Source: an uncultured virus (IMG/VR IMGVR_UViG_3300020056_000009) (Duplodnaviria; Heunggongvirae; Uroviricota; Caudoviricetes). From it: a DNA stretch of 20,000 nucleotides. The notes beneath the pieces were generated by a model. The model did no database searches, had not been told where the DNA came from, and worked only from the letters and a program-made list of their open reading frames with translations. The stretch is taken from the IMG/VR virus record IMGVR_UViG_3300020056_000009. One strand, 5' to 3'. Within the stretch, counting starts at the first letter, position 1. Each line of letters starts with the position of its first letter. Below, one piece after another: positions 8,928 through 16,785 of the stretch. The translations under genes were made by a program, and so were the position numbers.

Positions 8928-9508
8928 CAAATTAACCTCCGATTAATTGCATCCCATTGATGTTGTTTTATCTTTTCTTGATACACTTCATAGGCTCGCT
9001 CACCCAATAAAATTTGCATAATTGGTCTACCTTGTTCATCTTGTTTAAAAAGGACTCCCGCCATAGTGCTAAAGCCGTCGGCAAAACTAAAGAAATAGCC
9101 TTCTACTAACCAAAAATTTCCCACCCATCCTGAGCCTGATAACAATTCTGAGGTTTTAGCAAATACCAATTCATAATTGGTAGGAAAGGTCACCTTATTT
9201 ACGACGGTATTAACACCTCTTACGACCCATTTAGTTGCTTGTTTACCACCATATGTCGATTTATCATCAAGAGGCTTATTACCACCCGTTTTACTACTTA
9301 ATTTTCTTAAAATATCTCCGGGCTTCTTAATTACCACTTCTGCTAAATCATTACCGTTATTACTAAGACCAATTTCCAGAACCTCAAATATCAAGTCTAA
9401 GTCATCATATTGGTATTTCCAATTTAAAACATCTGACTCCTCTAAATAATTACCTCCATAATTGGTAATCAAAAACCGTGACCACAGTTCCTCTTCGGTC
9501 TTACTCAT
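8927..9508 (-). CDS. hypothetical protein (C-terminal WDAINRRLI)
   Basis: 193 aa; ATGA overlap with the upstream gene; SD GGGTGA. Confidence 0.75.
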   Translation of the reverse strand: MSKTEEELWSRFLITNYGGNYLEESDVLNWKYQYDDLDLIFEVLEIGLSNNGNDLAEVVIKKPGDILRKLSSKTGGNKPLDDKSTYGGKQATKWVVRGVNTVVNKVTFPTNYELVFAKTSELLSGSGWVGNFWLVEGYFFSFADGFSTMAGVLFKQDEQGRPIMQILLGERAYEVYQEKIKQHQWDAINRRLI

Positions 9509-10014
9509 AATATCACCCGTCTATTAATGGCTTGCCAAGGAATCTTGCGGCCTGGGCCACGAATCTCATCATATTTTTGTTGATAATCTTCACCGACATA
9601 AATCCATAATTCGGCATCATTAGTAAAATGAAGTGCTGCTGGATTACTTGGATCTGAAGCCCAATGAAAATTCCATCCTCGTATCATAAAGTCCTTTCCC
9701 ATCTGTGTTATTTTTAATTCAATATAACTGTCTTCAGGGTTATCGTAATCTATCTCCCATACTGTATTTTCTCCTTCCTGTTTTTCGGTTATACAATCCT
9801 CACACCATTCTCTAATTTCACCTATGAAATTTAGAAGTCGATCTCGATGTCCCGGCCAAAAATTTGAATAATCAATATCTTTACCGATATCTTTTATGCC
9901 AAGATGGTAAAACATATTACTTAAATTAGCATTATCTTTTAGCAATTCCTCTACATCTGAAGGCTTTAAATAACGGCCCTGAGCATCATATGTAGAAAAA
10001 TCTACCATATCCAT
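9505..10014 (-). CDS. hypothetical protein (C-terminal WQAINRRVIL)
   Basis: 169 aa; TATAAGTAG 21 nt upstream of the ATG. Confidence 0.75.
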   Translation of the reverse strand: MDMVDFSTYDAQGRYLKPSDVEELLKDNANLSNMFYHLGIKDIGKDIDYSNFWPGHRDRLLNFIGEIREWCEDCITEKQEGENTVWEIDYDNPEDSYIELKITQMGKDFMIRGWNFHWASDPSNPAALHFTNDAELWIYVGEDYQQKYDEIRGPGRKIPWQAINRRVIL

Positions 10015-10045
10015 AATTGTGATTAGGCCACTCTACTACTTATAC

Positions 10046-10603
10046 TTATTCCAATCTGATTTCTCGCCATTGGACTCGACCAGCCTTAATCAAATCACGA
10101 ATACGGCGTTGCTTAGTTGTCAATTGTGATTTTCCGGATTTAACATCCATGATATAAATCATACCCTCTTCTAAATTAAGGTCTTTGTTATCTCGATAAT
10201 CCCACACAATGTAATCAATAGGATTGCCCATAAAGTTCCAATTTTCTGCTTTCCAATTAGGATCGATTTCAGGATGGTCTACAAAGGGAGCCCACTTTTC
10301 CAAAATTTGTCCCTTCGAGGTATGGGCTGAGGCGGCCCGCCCTTTTTGTTTCTTGGCTTCTTGTTGTGAATTATCTAATTCTAATTGTAGACGAGCCACT
10401 TGATGACTAAGTTCTCTGACCGTATCTTCAGAATGCTGTCGAGATTGTTCTGCTAATCCTAATTTATGCGTCAGTTCTAATAACTTATCGGTATCAACTA
10501 CCGTTTCAATTTGGATTTCGGGCGGACGCTTAGAAACCTGCCATAAACGATATGTTATTAAGATAACAATAACCGATAATACTACCGTAGCGATATCCCA
10601 CAT
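10046..10603 (-). CDS. membrane-anchored endonuclease related to archaeal Holliday-junction resolvase (Endonuc_Holl-like)
   Basis: N-terminal hydrophobic helix, coiled coil, then KGQILEKWAPF...FMGNPIDYIV...DVKSGKSQLTTKQRRIRDLI...GRVQW. Start at ATG 10603 (TATA 21 nt upstream). Confidence 0.85.
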   Translation of the reverse strand: MWDIATVVLSVIVILITYRLWQVSKRPPEIQIETVVDTDKLLELTHKLGLAEQSRQHSEDTVRELSHQVARLQLELDNSQQEAKKQKGRAASAHTSKGQILEKWAPFVDHPEIDPNWKAENWNFMGNPIDYIVWDYRDNKDLNLEEGMIYIMDVKSGKSQLTTKQRRIRDLIKAGRVQWREIRLE

Positions 10604-10640
10604 GACCACCTATTCGGCGGTCACCTATATGTATCTTCGT

Positions 10641-11573
10641 TTATTGCTTACCCAACACCCGACGATCTAATCCCAAGACATCGCAAATCTCGTTGTATCG
10701 ATTACGAATCGTGACCTCAGTAACCCCGGCGGCTTGAGCCACATCACGCTGAGTGCGATAATTTTCGGGATACTTCATACAAGCCAAATAAACTACTGCC
10801 GCCGCAATACCCGTAGGACTACGACCAGCGGCTACCCTGCGAATGCGTGGATCTTCCAACAGCGTAAAGGCTTCGGTTTCAATAGTTACCGGAACTTGTA
10901 GTTTGCTACAAAAAGAGGATACAAAGCCGGTTGGCTGTGCGGGACGAATCTTAAGACCCAAATCCTGCTTAACCTTACGATAGGTGCGACCAATTTCCTT
11001 GCGTCCAATTCGGCTGTGACGACCAATCTCATCAAGGGTGCGGTGAATACCATTATCACGGCAAGCAGCGTGAATGCTGGCTGCCACTACGCCTTCGATA
11101 GAACGACCTTGCACCAACTTCTTTTCCGCCGCCTTTTTGTAAATAAAGGCTGCTTGTTCACGAACCGATTCGCTAAGCCCCATGTGACTTGCCAACCGTT
11201 GTAGTTCATACAAGGCTTGCACCATGTTTCGCTCGCTGCTCTTTTGCACACGGCTTCGCTGATGGTGACGGCGAAGGCGATACAATCGCTTGCGGAAATC
11301 ACCCGTAATGGTTTTTCCTTGTGCGTCTTTATATCCCGCACTAATATCGGTAGACAAACCGCCATCGTGAATAAGATATGTTTTCTTCATTCCGTGTCGT
11401 TCAGAGTCTCCGGAGCCATCGGCAAAAGATCGATAATCCTTACCCATATCAATAGCCTGACCTGCCACCAAGCCACAGTCCTGACATTCCATTTCTCCCG
11501 TTTCTACATTTTCCATAACAGAACCTGCACACTCTTGACACTTGCTTACATCAACTTTATAGTCATCATCCAT
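10641..11573 (-). CDS. tfb: archaeal transcription initiation factor B (TFIIB)
   Basis: Zn ribbon CQEC...CQDCGLV, B-reader/linker (HDGGLSTDI, LRRHHQR, ERNMVQAL), two cyclin repeats (GRSIEGVVAA, GRSPTGIAAA), HTH TQRDVAQAAGVTEVTIRNRY. ATG 11573 preferred over TTG 11582. Confidence 0.96.
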   Translation of the reverse strand: MDDDYKVDVSKCQECAGSVMENVETGEMECQDCGLVAGQAIDMGKDYRSFADGSGDSERHGMKKTYLIHDGGLSTDISAGYKDAQGKTITGDFRKRLYRLRRHHQRSRVQKSSERNMVQALYELQRLASHMGLSESVREQAAFIYKKAAEKKLVQGRSIEGVVAASIHAACRDNGIHRTLDEIGRHSRIGRKEIGRTYRKVKQDLGLKIRPAQPTGFVSSFCSKLQVPVTIETEAFTLLEDPRIRRVAAGRSPTGIAAAVVYLACMKYPENYRTQRDVAQAAGVTEVTIRNRYNEICDVLGLDRRVLGKQ

Positions 11574-11627
11574 TGCAATCAACTCTTTTGTTATTGTTAT
11601 TACCTATTTATAGTTTTCGATAGTTAT

Positions 11628-11909
11628 TTATACCCCTCTATCAAAGGGTCGTTCAAATTCTTCTTGATAAAGCCGTTGGCATTCCTCGCAAACAGGAAGC
11701 GTTTGAGCAAATTCATCCGTCATATACTTTTCCGGCCACCATTGATTTTCAATCCCACAAAGTTTACCACGGCTGGAAATCGCAATATGAATTACTTCAG
11801 GCTTTACCAAAGTTTTTTGGATCTCAGCCCATGCTTTGTCTTCTTCTAAGGCGGGGCAGTTTCGGCTATTATGTCCGGCTTTGCCGCAAGTCCCACATTT
11901 ACGAGCCAT
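11628..11909 (-). CDS. CCHC zinc-knuckle protein with a second C-terminal Zn finger
   Basis: CGTCGKAGHNSRNC (C-x2-C-x4-H-x4-C), then H...LCG...CEEC. Confidence 0.8.
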   Translation of the reverse strand: MARKCGTCGKAGHNSRNCPALEEDKAWAEIQKTLVKPEVIHIAISSRGKLCGIENQWWPEKYMTDEFAQTLPVCEECQRLYQEEFERPFDRGV

Positions 11910-12039
11910 TGATTACCACCAATTGTCCAAACACTTCCGTCATATGCATCATGCAATACACTCGTTGTGAATACTCCTTAAAGGAGTTACCGCTATTAAT
12001 GGCAACACCCCAAGGATTACCGCAAATCTGACAATCCAT
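11899..12039 (-). CDS. small Zn-finger protein (46 aa)
   Basis: Below the track cutoff: MDCQICGNPWGVAINSGNSFKEYSQRVYCMMHMTEVFGQLVVINGS*; CxxC...CxxH; coupled to both neighbours. Confidence 0.6.
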   Translation of the reverse strand: MDCQICGNPWGVAINSGNSFKEYSQRVYCMMHMTEVFGQLVVINGS

Positions 12040-12323
12040 CAGACCGCCTTCCAAGGATGGTTAGCATCGTAATCACGGTCGGCTCGGCCAAAGAGCCAAA
12101 CCTCGTGCGACTTGTTTCGTGCCACCGAATCAACCTTGACCTTACGAATCATCACAAATCGCTTGTCGCCTTTCAAAACATTGTAAATCGATCGAGGTCG
12201 AATCTCGTGTCGATAATGCTTATTCAGTTCTTCGGCCAAATCGGTTGTCAGCCATGCTCGCTCATTCATCAGGTCAAAAGCATTGACCTTTCGCTTATCT
12301 ACCCATGCGTGTCCTTTTCCCAT
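12039..12323 (-). CDS. putative winged-helix DNA-binding protein
   Basis: Start moved to ATG 12323 (SD GGGGTGA); TTDLAEELN...RSIYNVLKGDKRF...VW pattern resembles small archaeal wHTH proteins. Confidence 0.6.
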   Translation of the reverse strand: MGKGHAWVDKRKVNAFDLMNERAWLTTDLAEELNKHYRHEIRPRSIYNVLKGDKRFVMIRKVKVDSVARNKSHEVWLFGRADRDYDANHPWKAV

Positions 12324-12386
12324 GTATATCACCCCCAATGGTTTCAAATCCCTATTGAATCAATCACCCTTATAAACCTTTCGGTT

Positions 12387-12539
12387 TCAGTTGTGATTCT
12401 CCAACCATCGTTCTGCTTCCTCCACAGCCGCCATGCCATAAAACTGCTTGACATACTGCTTCAATTCTTGATCGAGGATAGTCACCGACCATCCCTTGTT
12501 GTTCTTCATCCAATGTTTCCTCTTAATACAGTATCGCAT
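12387..12539 (-). CDS. small hypothetical protein (50 aa)
   Basis: ATG 12539 with SD GGGGGTGA and its own TTTATATA box near 12595-12603; the track's longer N-terminus runs through this promoter. Confidence 0.6.
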   Translation of the reverse strand: MRYCIKRKHWMKNNKGWSVTILDQELKQYVKQFYGMAAVEEAERWLENHN

Positions 12540-12619
12540 TCGTATCACCCCCGTGTTTCGCCCGTCGGCTTCAATGGGTTCTAAACCCTCATAGTATATA
12601 AAGGTTTGGGTCCGGTGCA

Positions 12620-12745
12620 TCAAAAATCGGCTATTTTGGCTCGAAGTTGTTCCAGCCGACGCTGGACATCAGGATTACGAGCCTTCGGATATTTGGCCTC
12701 TAACTTTTGAAGTTTTGCCATTAGGCGTTGCTTGGTATTAAACAT
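12620..12745 (-). CDS. small basic helical protein (41 aa)
   Basis: MFNTKQRLMAKLQKLEAKY...; ATG overlaps the SWIM gene stop. Confidence 0.5.
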   Translation of the reverse strand: MFNTKQRLMAKLQKLEAKYPKARNPDVQRRLEQLRAKIADF

Positions 12746-12984
12746 CACCACATTGACCACCCGGTTCGTGCCGAAATCAAATAGTTTTTGACCGCAATAA
12801 TGTGGTGGCACTCTTGCCGACGGATCTTATTGACGGGACAAGTGCATTGAATATGCTTATCATCCCATACGGTAACATTCCAATTTCCAGAATTACCTTG
12901 CACTCGGAACATATCGTTATTTTGCCTAATTACGCCACCACGACGAAGAATGTCTAAAGCCTTGCTGTGTCTGTCATTTGCCAT
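12745..12984 (-). CDS. SWIM zinc-finger protein
   Basis: FRVQGNSGNWNV...CTCP...CHHIIAV fits the SWIM C-x-C-xn-C-x-H pattern; SD GGTGGTGA. Confidence 0.85.
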   Translation of the reverse strand: MANDRHSKALDILRRGGVIRQNNDMFRVQGNSGNWNVTVWDDKHIQCTCPVNKIRRQECHHIIAVKNYLISARTGWSMW

Positions 12985-13036
12985 CCTATCACCACCTAAT
13001 CATAGGTAGTGTTATTACCCTTATATACTCTTCTGT

Positions 13037-15403
13037 TTACAAGGTTTCTAAAACCTCGTTGAACTCTTCGCACCAATAATCATCTTTTGAAGTGATGCCC
13101 TCACCAGAAGTATAGACCGTAATTACAACTCGATTTTCTCTAAACTTTGTTTCGGCTACTTTGTTTAAGAGCAGATTAACATCGTCAATCATTTCTACGA
13201 TCGACCACGCTTGATTATAATCTTGGACCTCAATTACCATTTGATACGCCTTGTAAAAATTATTATCCCAATCGGCTACGGTAATTACTGTCCAACCTTC
13301 CGGAGCGTCTTCTTGTATCTTTACCGAAGATTGATCTTCTTCTGCCGAAAAGGGTCGGGTTTCTTTATAGTTGGGATAATCTCGACTACCCCAAAATAAC
13401 TTGCCTTTATGCTTTCTTAGCGTCATCGGTTCTCCCCGACTATCAAATACTACTTGAGGTTTCTCCGTCGCAATCGCCAATAATCGTTTATCTAAATTGG
13501 TTTCCCAAGTGCCAATACGGTGCACTCGGGTAGGTGCGGATACCAAAGTTTCTCCTTGATTATCTTGATACACTACTTGCACTCGAATAGCGTCCCGCCC
13601 GACATCACGGCCCCGGCCTTTCTGATGACCGTATCGGTTAATGCTGGTATATACTCTTACTACATGGTTGGGACGGCCTGGAAGGGCCCGTTCATAAACC
13701 CATTCTTTAACAGGACGATTACGATAAACAATATCTACCGGTTTAAACCGTCGGTTTCGCAAGAATCGATCCATATCTTTAATATCTAAAGTTACAAATG
13801 ATTCGGCACGGAAAGGTTTGACAACTTCTCTAATATCATCAGAATAACGAGCGTGTTGTTTACCAGCCTTCGTAGCGGCTGCTTTTTGACGCTTGGCTTT
13901 AGCATATAATCCTCGATCTTTGAGGGCTTCGATGGCTTTCGCTGGGAAATAAGGTTCTCCGGTTTTACTGGATTTCTTGCCTGAGGCGGTGCCCCACTTT
14001 TGTTGTGACCAATCGGTAAGATTTTGTTGCTTTTGAGTTTTCTTACCTTTATAGGCTCGTAAACCTTTTTTATTACAAGCGTCCTCATATTGTCGCTTTA
14101 ATTCTTGGCTCTTGCGAGCCGACCATTGACCTGCCTTAGTTCCCATAATAGCCTGTTTCATGATTTTATTCTTAAGCCGTCGTCGAATCTTGGCTTGTTC
14201 CTTGCCATAAGTAGCCTCATAATTATCTTCTGCCTCAAAGGTTTCAGAAGATAAAATATCTACAATATAATTAGTAGGAATAGTTTCGGAAGTTCTCCAC
14301 CCGCCAACGCCATCATCTGAAAAGTTTGCCAAGTTTTCTACTTGTGAGGAGATCTTTAAAACCACAATTTCGGTGTTACCGGCTTCTTCTGCCCACCATT
14401 GTGCTTCCTCTGGTGTTTCGGCTACAAAAACTGAGGGCAAAAAGTCATCAACCTCTTCATAATAATAAGGATGTGGACTAACATCTTCTAATTCCTCATT
14501 CCATACTGAATCTTCTACTCCTGTGGGCTTAATCCCTTCTTCTAAAATAGAGGCAAGACTTCTGGCATCTGTGCCATGATAATAAAACCTTTCTTCAGCA
14601 GACAAGGCTGTGGGCCCGAAACCGTATTTCAGAGAATCTGTCGTAAAATCCCCGGTAACTACGGAAGATGTCATCAAGTCTTGATGACTATAATCTTCTA
14701 AACTTTGATTAGGTTGATATTCGGCACGGAATCCTTTTCTGACATCAGGATTTTTGTAGGGTCTGCCTAACGCCGTAAAGATATCGTTTTCGGTTTTACC
14801 AGCAATGTATTTTCCTGTGTTACGATCGAATAATCCATACTCTGATAATTTTAATCCTTTCTTTTTTGCCATCCATCGATATTTGATATTAAAGTCTGCC
14901 GGACCTGTGAAATATAAAATCGTAGCCCCCCATGCATCTGGTGTGGTTACTCTAAAGTCTACCTTTTCGCCATCAATAATTACTTGGGCCTTTTTGTTAC
15001 CGACCCAATTAATGCCTTCGTTAGCAGGCAAGACCTCTGGCAACTCATATCCTGGTTTTAGGATTAACACAAAGTCGATATCCCCAATCATTTGGGCACC
15101 TCGTCGGTAAGATCCACAAGCCATCATATCTACCACATAGGGCTTAAGATGTTTTTCTACCTTTTTTACAATCTTATCGGCTTTAGCACGAGGAAATTTA
15201 ACTTTGGTCTGCTGTGGGGCAGCGTTCCAAGTAACTTCATCGCCCAAATTACCCCCATCATTGTCCCAAGTAACATCGTCACCAATGGGATGGCCCATAA
15301 GAATCTCTAAGGCTTCTTCTAAACTATATGGAATCTTACCAATCTTTTTCAGATAGGCTACGGTAGATCCTAAAACTGAACCAATCAGAATTGGATTAAC
15401 CAT
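13037..15403 (-). CDS. 788-aa multidomain putative polyprotein: N-terminal hydrophobic segment, PolX catalytic core, ART-like, DUF5872-like, unknown domain with topo-ribbon-like tail, PCD-like
   Basis: PolX aa ~65-224 (GSYRRG, GDID, KVDFR, YFTG, LSEYGLF); ART/Tpt1-like aa 271-388 (YYHGT..L.SILEEGIKP..VFVA..VLKI..IP); aa 393-530 GQWSARKSQ..W..QKWGT..GEPYFP (DUF5872-like); aa 535-684 ending in MTLRKHKGKLFWGSRDYPNYKET; aa 689-788 pterin-carbinolamine-dehydratase-like (QDYNQAW..NRVVITVYT..GITSKD). Confidence 0.85.
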   Translation of the reverse strand: MVNPILIGSVLGSTVAYLKKIGKIPYSLEEALEILMGHPIGDDVTWDNDGGNLGDEVTWNAAPQQTKVKFPRAKADKIVKKVEKHLKPYVVDMMACGSYRRGAQMIGDIDFVLILKPGYELPEVLPANEGINWVGNKKAQVIIDGEKVDFRVTTPDAWGATILYFTGPADFNIKYRWMAKKKGLKLSEYGLFDRNTGKYIAGKTENDIFTALGRPYKNPDVRKGFRAEYQPNQSLEDYSHQDLMTSSVVTGDFTTDSLKYGFGPTALSAEERFYYHGTDARSLASILEEGIKPTGVEDSVWNEELEDVSPHPYYYEEVDDFLPSVFVAETPEEAQWWAEEAGNTEIVVLKISSQVENLANFSDDGVGGWRTSETIPTNYIVDILSSETFEAEDNYEATYGKEQAKIRRRLKNKIMKQAIMGTKAGQWSARKSQELKRQYEDACNKKGLRAYKGKKTQKQQNLTDWSQQKWGTASGKKSSKTGEPYFPAKAIEALKDRGLYAKAKRQKAAATKAGKQHARYSDDIREVVKPFRAESFVTLDIKDMDRFLRNRRFKPVDIVYRNRPVKEWVYERALPGRPNHVVRVYTSINRYGHQKGRGRDVGRDAIRVQVVYQDNQGETLVSAPTRVHRIGTWETNLDKRLLAIATEKPQVVFDSRGEPMTLRKHKGKLFWGSRDYPNYKETRPFSAEEDQSSVKIQEDAPEGWTVITVADWDNNFYKAYQMVIEVQDYNQAWSIVEMIDDVNLLLNKVAETKFRENRVVITVYTSGEGITSKDDYWCEEFNEVLETL

Positions 15404-15424
15404 ATAGTTATCTTAGATGACCGA

Positions 15425-15664
15425 CTATAAATAATTTCGCCATAGTAAATCTTGATTAATAGCCCAAGATACCTCTGGGCATTGACAAGGTTCCCACTCG
15501 CCATTAGTTAATTTATTGAGATCTGATGCTACTCCTGCAATATCATTTAGAGTATCTAAGGAATTATCTTTTGCTAATATTTCGGTATACATTTGTAGGG
15601 CTCTTAAAGATTGTGCTACCGTCGTGCTACCACAACGACGGCAACGAGTCCGCAAGTAATCCAT
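15425..15664 (-). CDS. small Zn-binding protein (RCRRCG...CQC...WAIN)
   Basis: 79 aa; TATA plus perfect 9-bp palindrome promoter; Cys pattern shared with 7216..7413. Confidence 0.72.
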   Translation of the reverse strand: MDYLRTRCRRCGSTTVAQSLRALQMYTEILAKDNSLDTLNDIAGVASDLNKLTNGEWEPCQCPEVSWAINQDLLWRNYL

Positions 15665-15694
15665 GTCGTTTGATTGGTCAAACGACTATATATG
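15665..15694 (-). promoter_or_regulatory. TATA plus perfect palindrome GTCGTTTGA-ccaa-TCAAACGAC abutting the ATG
   Basis: Arms 15665-15673 and 15678-15686; copy of 8513-8542. Confidence 0.8.
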
Positions 15695-15699
15695 ATTAT

Positions 15700-16290
15700 C
15701 TACATGGTTTGAAACAAGGGAGTTGGAATACCAAGGTCATCAGTTCCCTCTCGTTCTCTAAAACCCCGGGTTTTTGCCATTTCTACTAATTTGTGAATTG
15801 GCATAATTCGAGCCTGTCCTTCAATTACGAAAGCATAATTAATTTCCTTGCCAAACCCTCGTTTCATTAAGTCAAAGAAACTGGTTTTAGCGATCCACCA
15901 AGCCCCATCATGAAGATAACCTTCATTGACCCATTCCATTTCGGTAGTTTCTACTTCTTCCGGCTCGGGAATTAGTCCCTCAGGACCATCATACTCTGAC
16001 ATTCTAAAACCACAATGTAAACATTGATTGGTAAATCCTGTTTCGCTGGTTTCATCAACAATGGTTTTCCATGATTGCTTATAATCTCCTGCAGTCATCT
16101 TGCGAGGTCGGTGCTCTCGCCACTTGCTATCATAATCCATAGTCTTAGTGCATTGATAACAATAAGCCATTAAAGGTTCACAGCGGAAACGAGCCTCATA
16201 AGTCAAGGCTTCTGATTTGACATCATAAGGTTCTTCTCCTGACCATGCTTGGTCTTCTGGAACATCAAATACGATGATATCGAAATCCAT
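15700..16290 (-). CDS. hypothetical Zn-ribbon-containing protein
   Basis: 196 aa; CYQC...CLHCG. Confidence 0.78.
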   Translation of the reverse strand: MDFDIIVFDVPEDQAWSGEEPYDVKSEALTYEARFRCEPLMAYCYQCTKTMDYDSKWREHRPRKMTAGDYKQSWKTIVDETSETGFTNQCLHCGFRMSEYDGPEGLIPEPEEVETTEMEWVNEGYLHDGAWWIAKTSFFDLMKRGFGKEINYAFVIEGQARIMPIHKLVEMAKTRGFREREGTDDLGIPTPLFQTM

Positions 16291-16321
16291 GCCGATACAT
16301 GGTATCGGCCACCTATTTATA
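16291..16321 (-). promoter_or_regulatory. TATAAATAG plus perfect palindrome GCCGATAC-cat-GTATCGGC abutting the ATG
   Basis: Arms 16291-16298 and 16302-16309. Confidence 0.8.
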
Positions 16322-16322
16322 C

Positions 16323-16535
16323 TTACTCAATTTTTCCGGTTCGCAACCACTCCTCATAAATCTTAGTTCCTTCTTTTAGATCTTGAGGTCGGTTTTGATT
16401 GGCTCTCACGAAAACCGAGTAAATCTTACTGCGGTCATCAACCCAACCTGACTGACATTCAGGAGTGCAGAACAGACTTCCGCCCTTGAACTCAAAATCA
16501 TTTTGGCATCGCTTACAGGTTCTTGTTATTCCCAT
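16323..16535 (-). CDS. small treble-clef/Zn-finger protein
   Basis: CKRC...FCTPEC; TTTATATAC 20 nt upstream. Confidence 0.7.
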   Translation of the reverse strand: MGITRTCKRCQNDFEFKGGSLFCTPECQSGWVDDRSKIYSVFVRANQNRPQDLKEGTKIYEEWLRTGKIE

Positions 16536-16564
16536 GATAATTAAATCTCATCAGGGTATATAAA

Positions 16565-16783
16565 CTATTCCAATGATAATCGCCATAAAAGATTCTCAAA
16601 AGCACATTGTAAATACCATGGCACGAATTTATCTCGTGAGGCTTCTAAGGCACCGTCCCACATAATTACTAAGGTTTTACCAGCCTCAAAAATATGCTTG
16701 TTGCCACAGCCACAGCGAAAAAATCCTTTAGAGTCAGGAGTAAAATCATAACCCCAAGAAGCATAATAATATCCCTTGCCCAT
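16565..16783 (-). CDS. small Cys-containing hypothetical protein
   Basis: ATG 16783, 2 nt after the upstream stop; RCGCGNKH...QC. Confidence 0.6.
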   Translation of the reverse strand: MGKGYYYASWGYDFTPDSKGFFRCGCGNKHIFEAGKTLVIMWDGALEASRDKFVPWYLQCAFENLLWRLSLE

Positions 16784-16785
16784 GA

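Noticed and set aside
13792..14088. Nested minus-strand 98-aa ORF or frameshift within the polyprotein
   Set aside because: Alternative frame of an uninterrupted 788-aa ORF; no promoter, SD or motif.
8513..16321. Integron attC sites as the explanation for the palindromes
   Set aside because: Too short, lack the RYYYAAC/GTTRRRY ends, sit at fixed promoter spacing, and no integrase is in the window.
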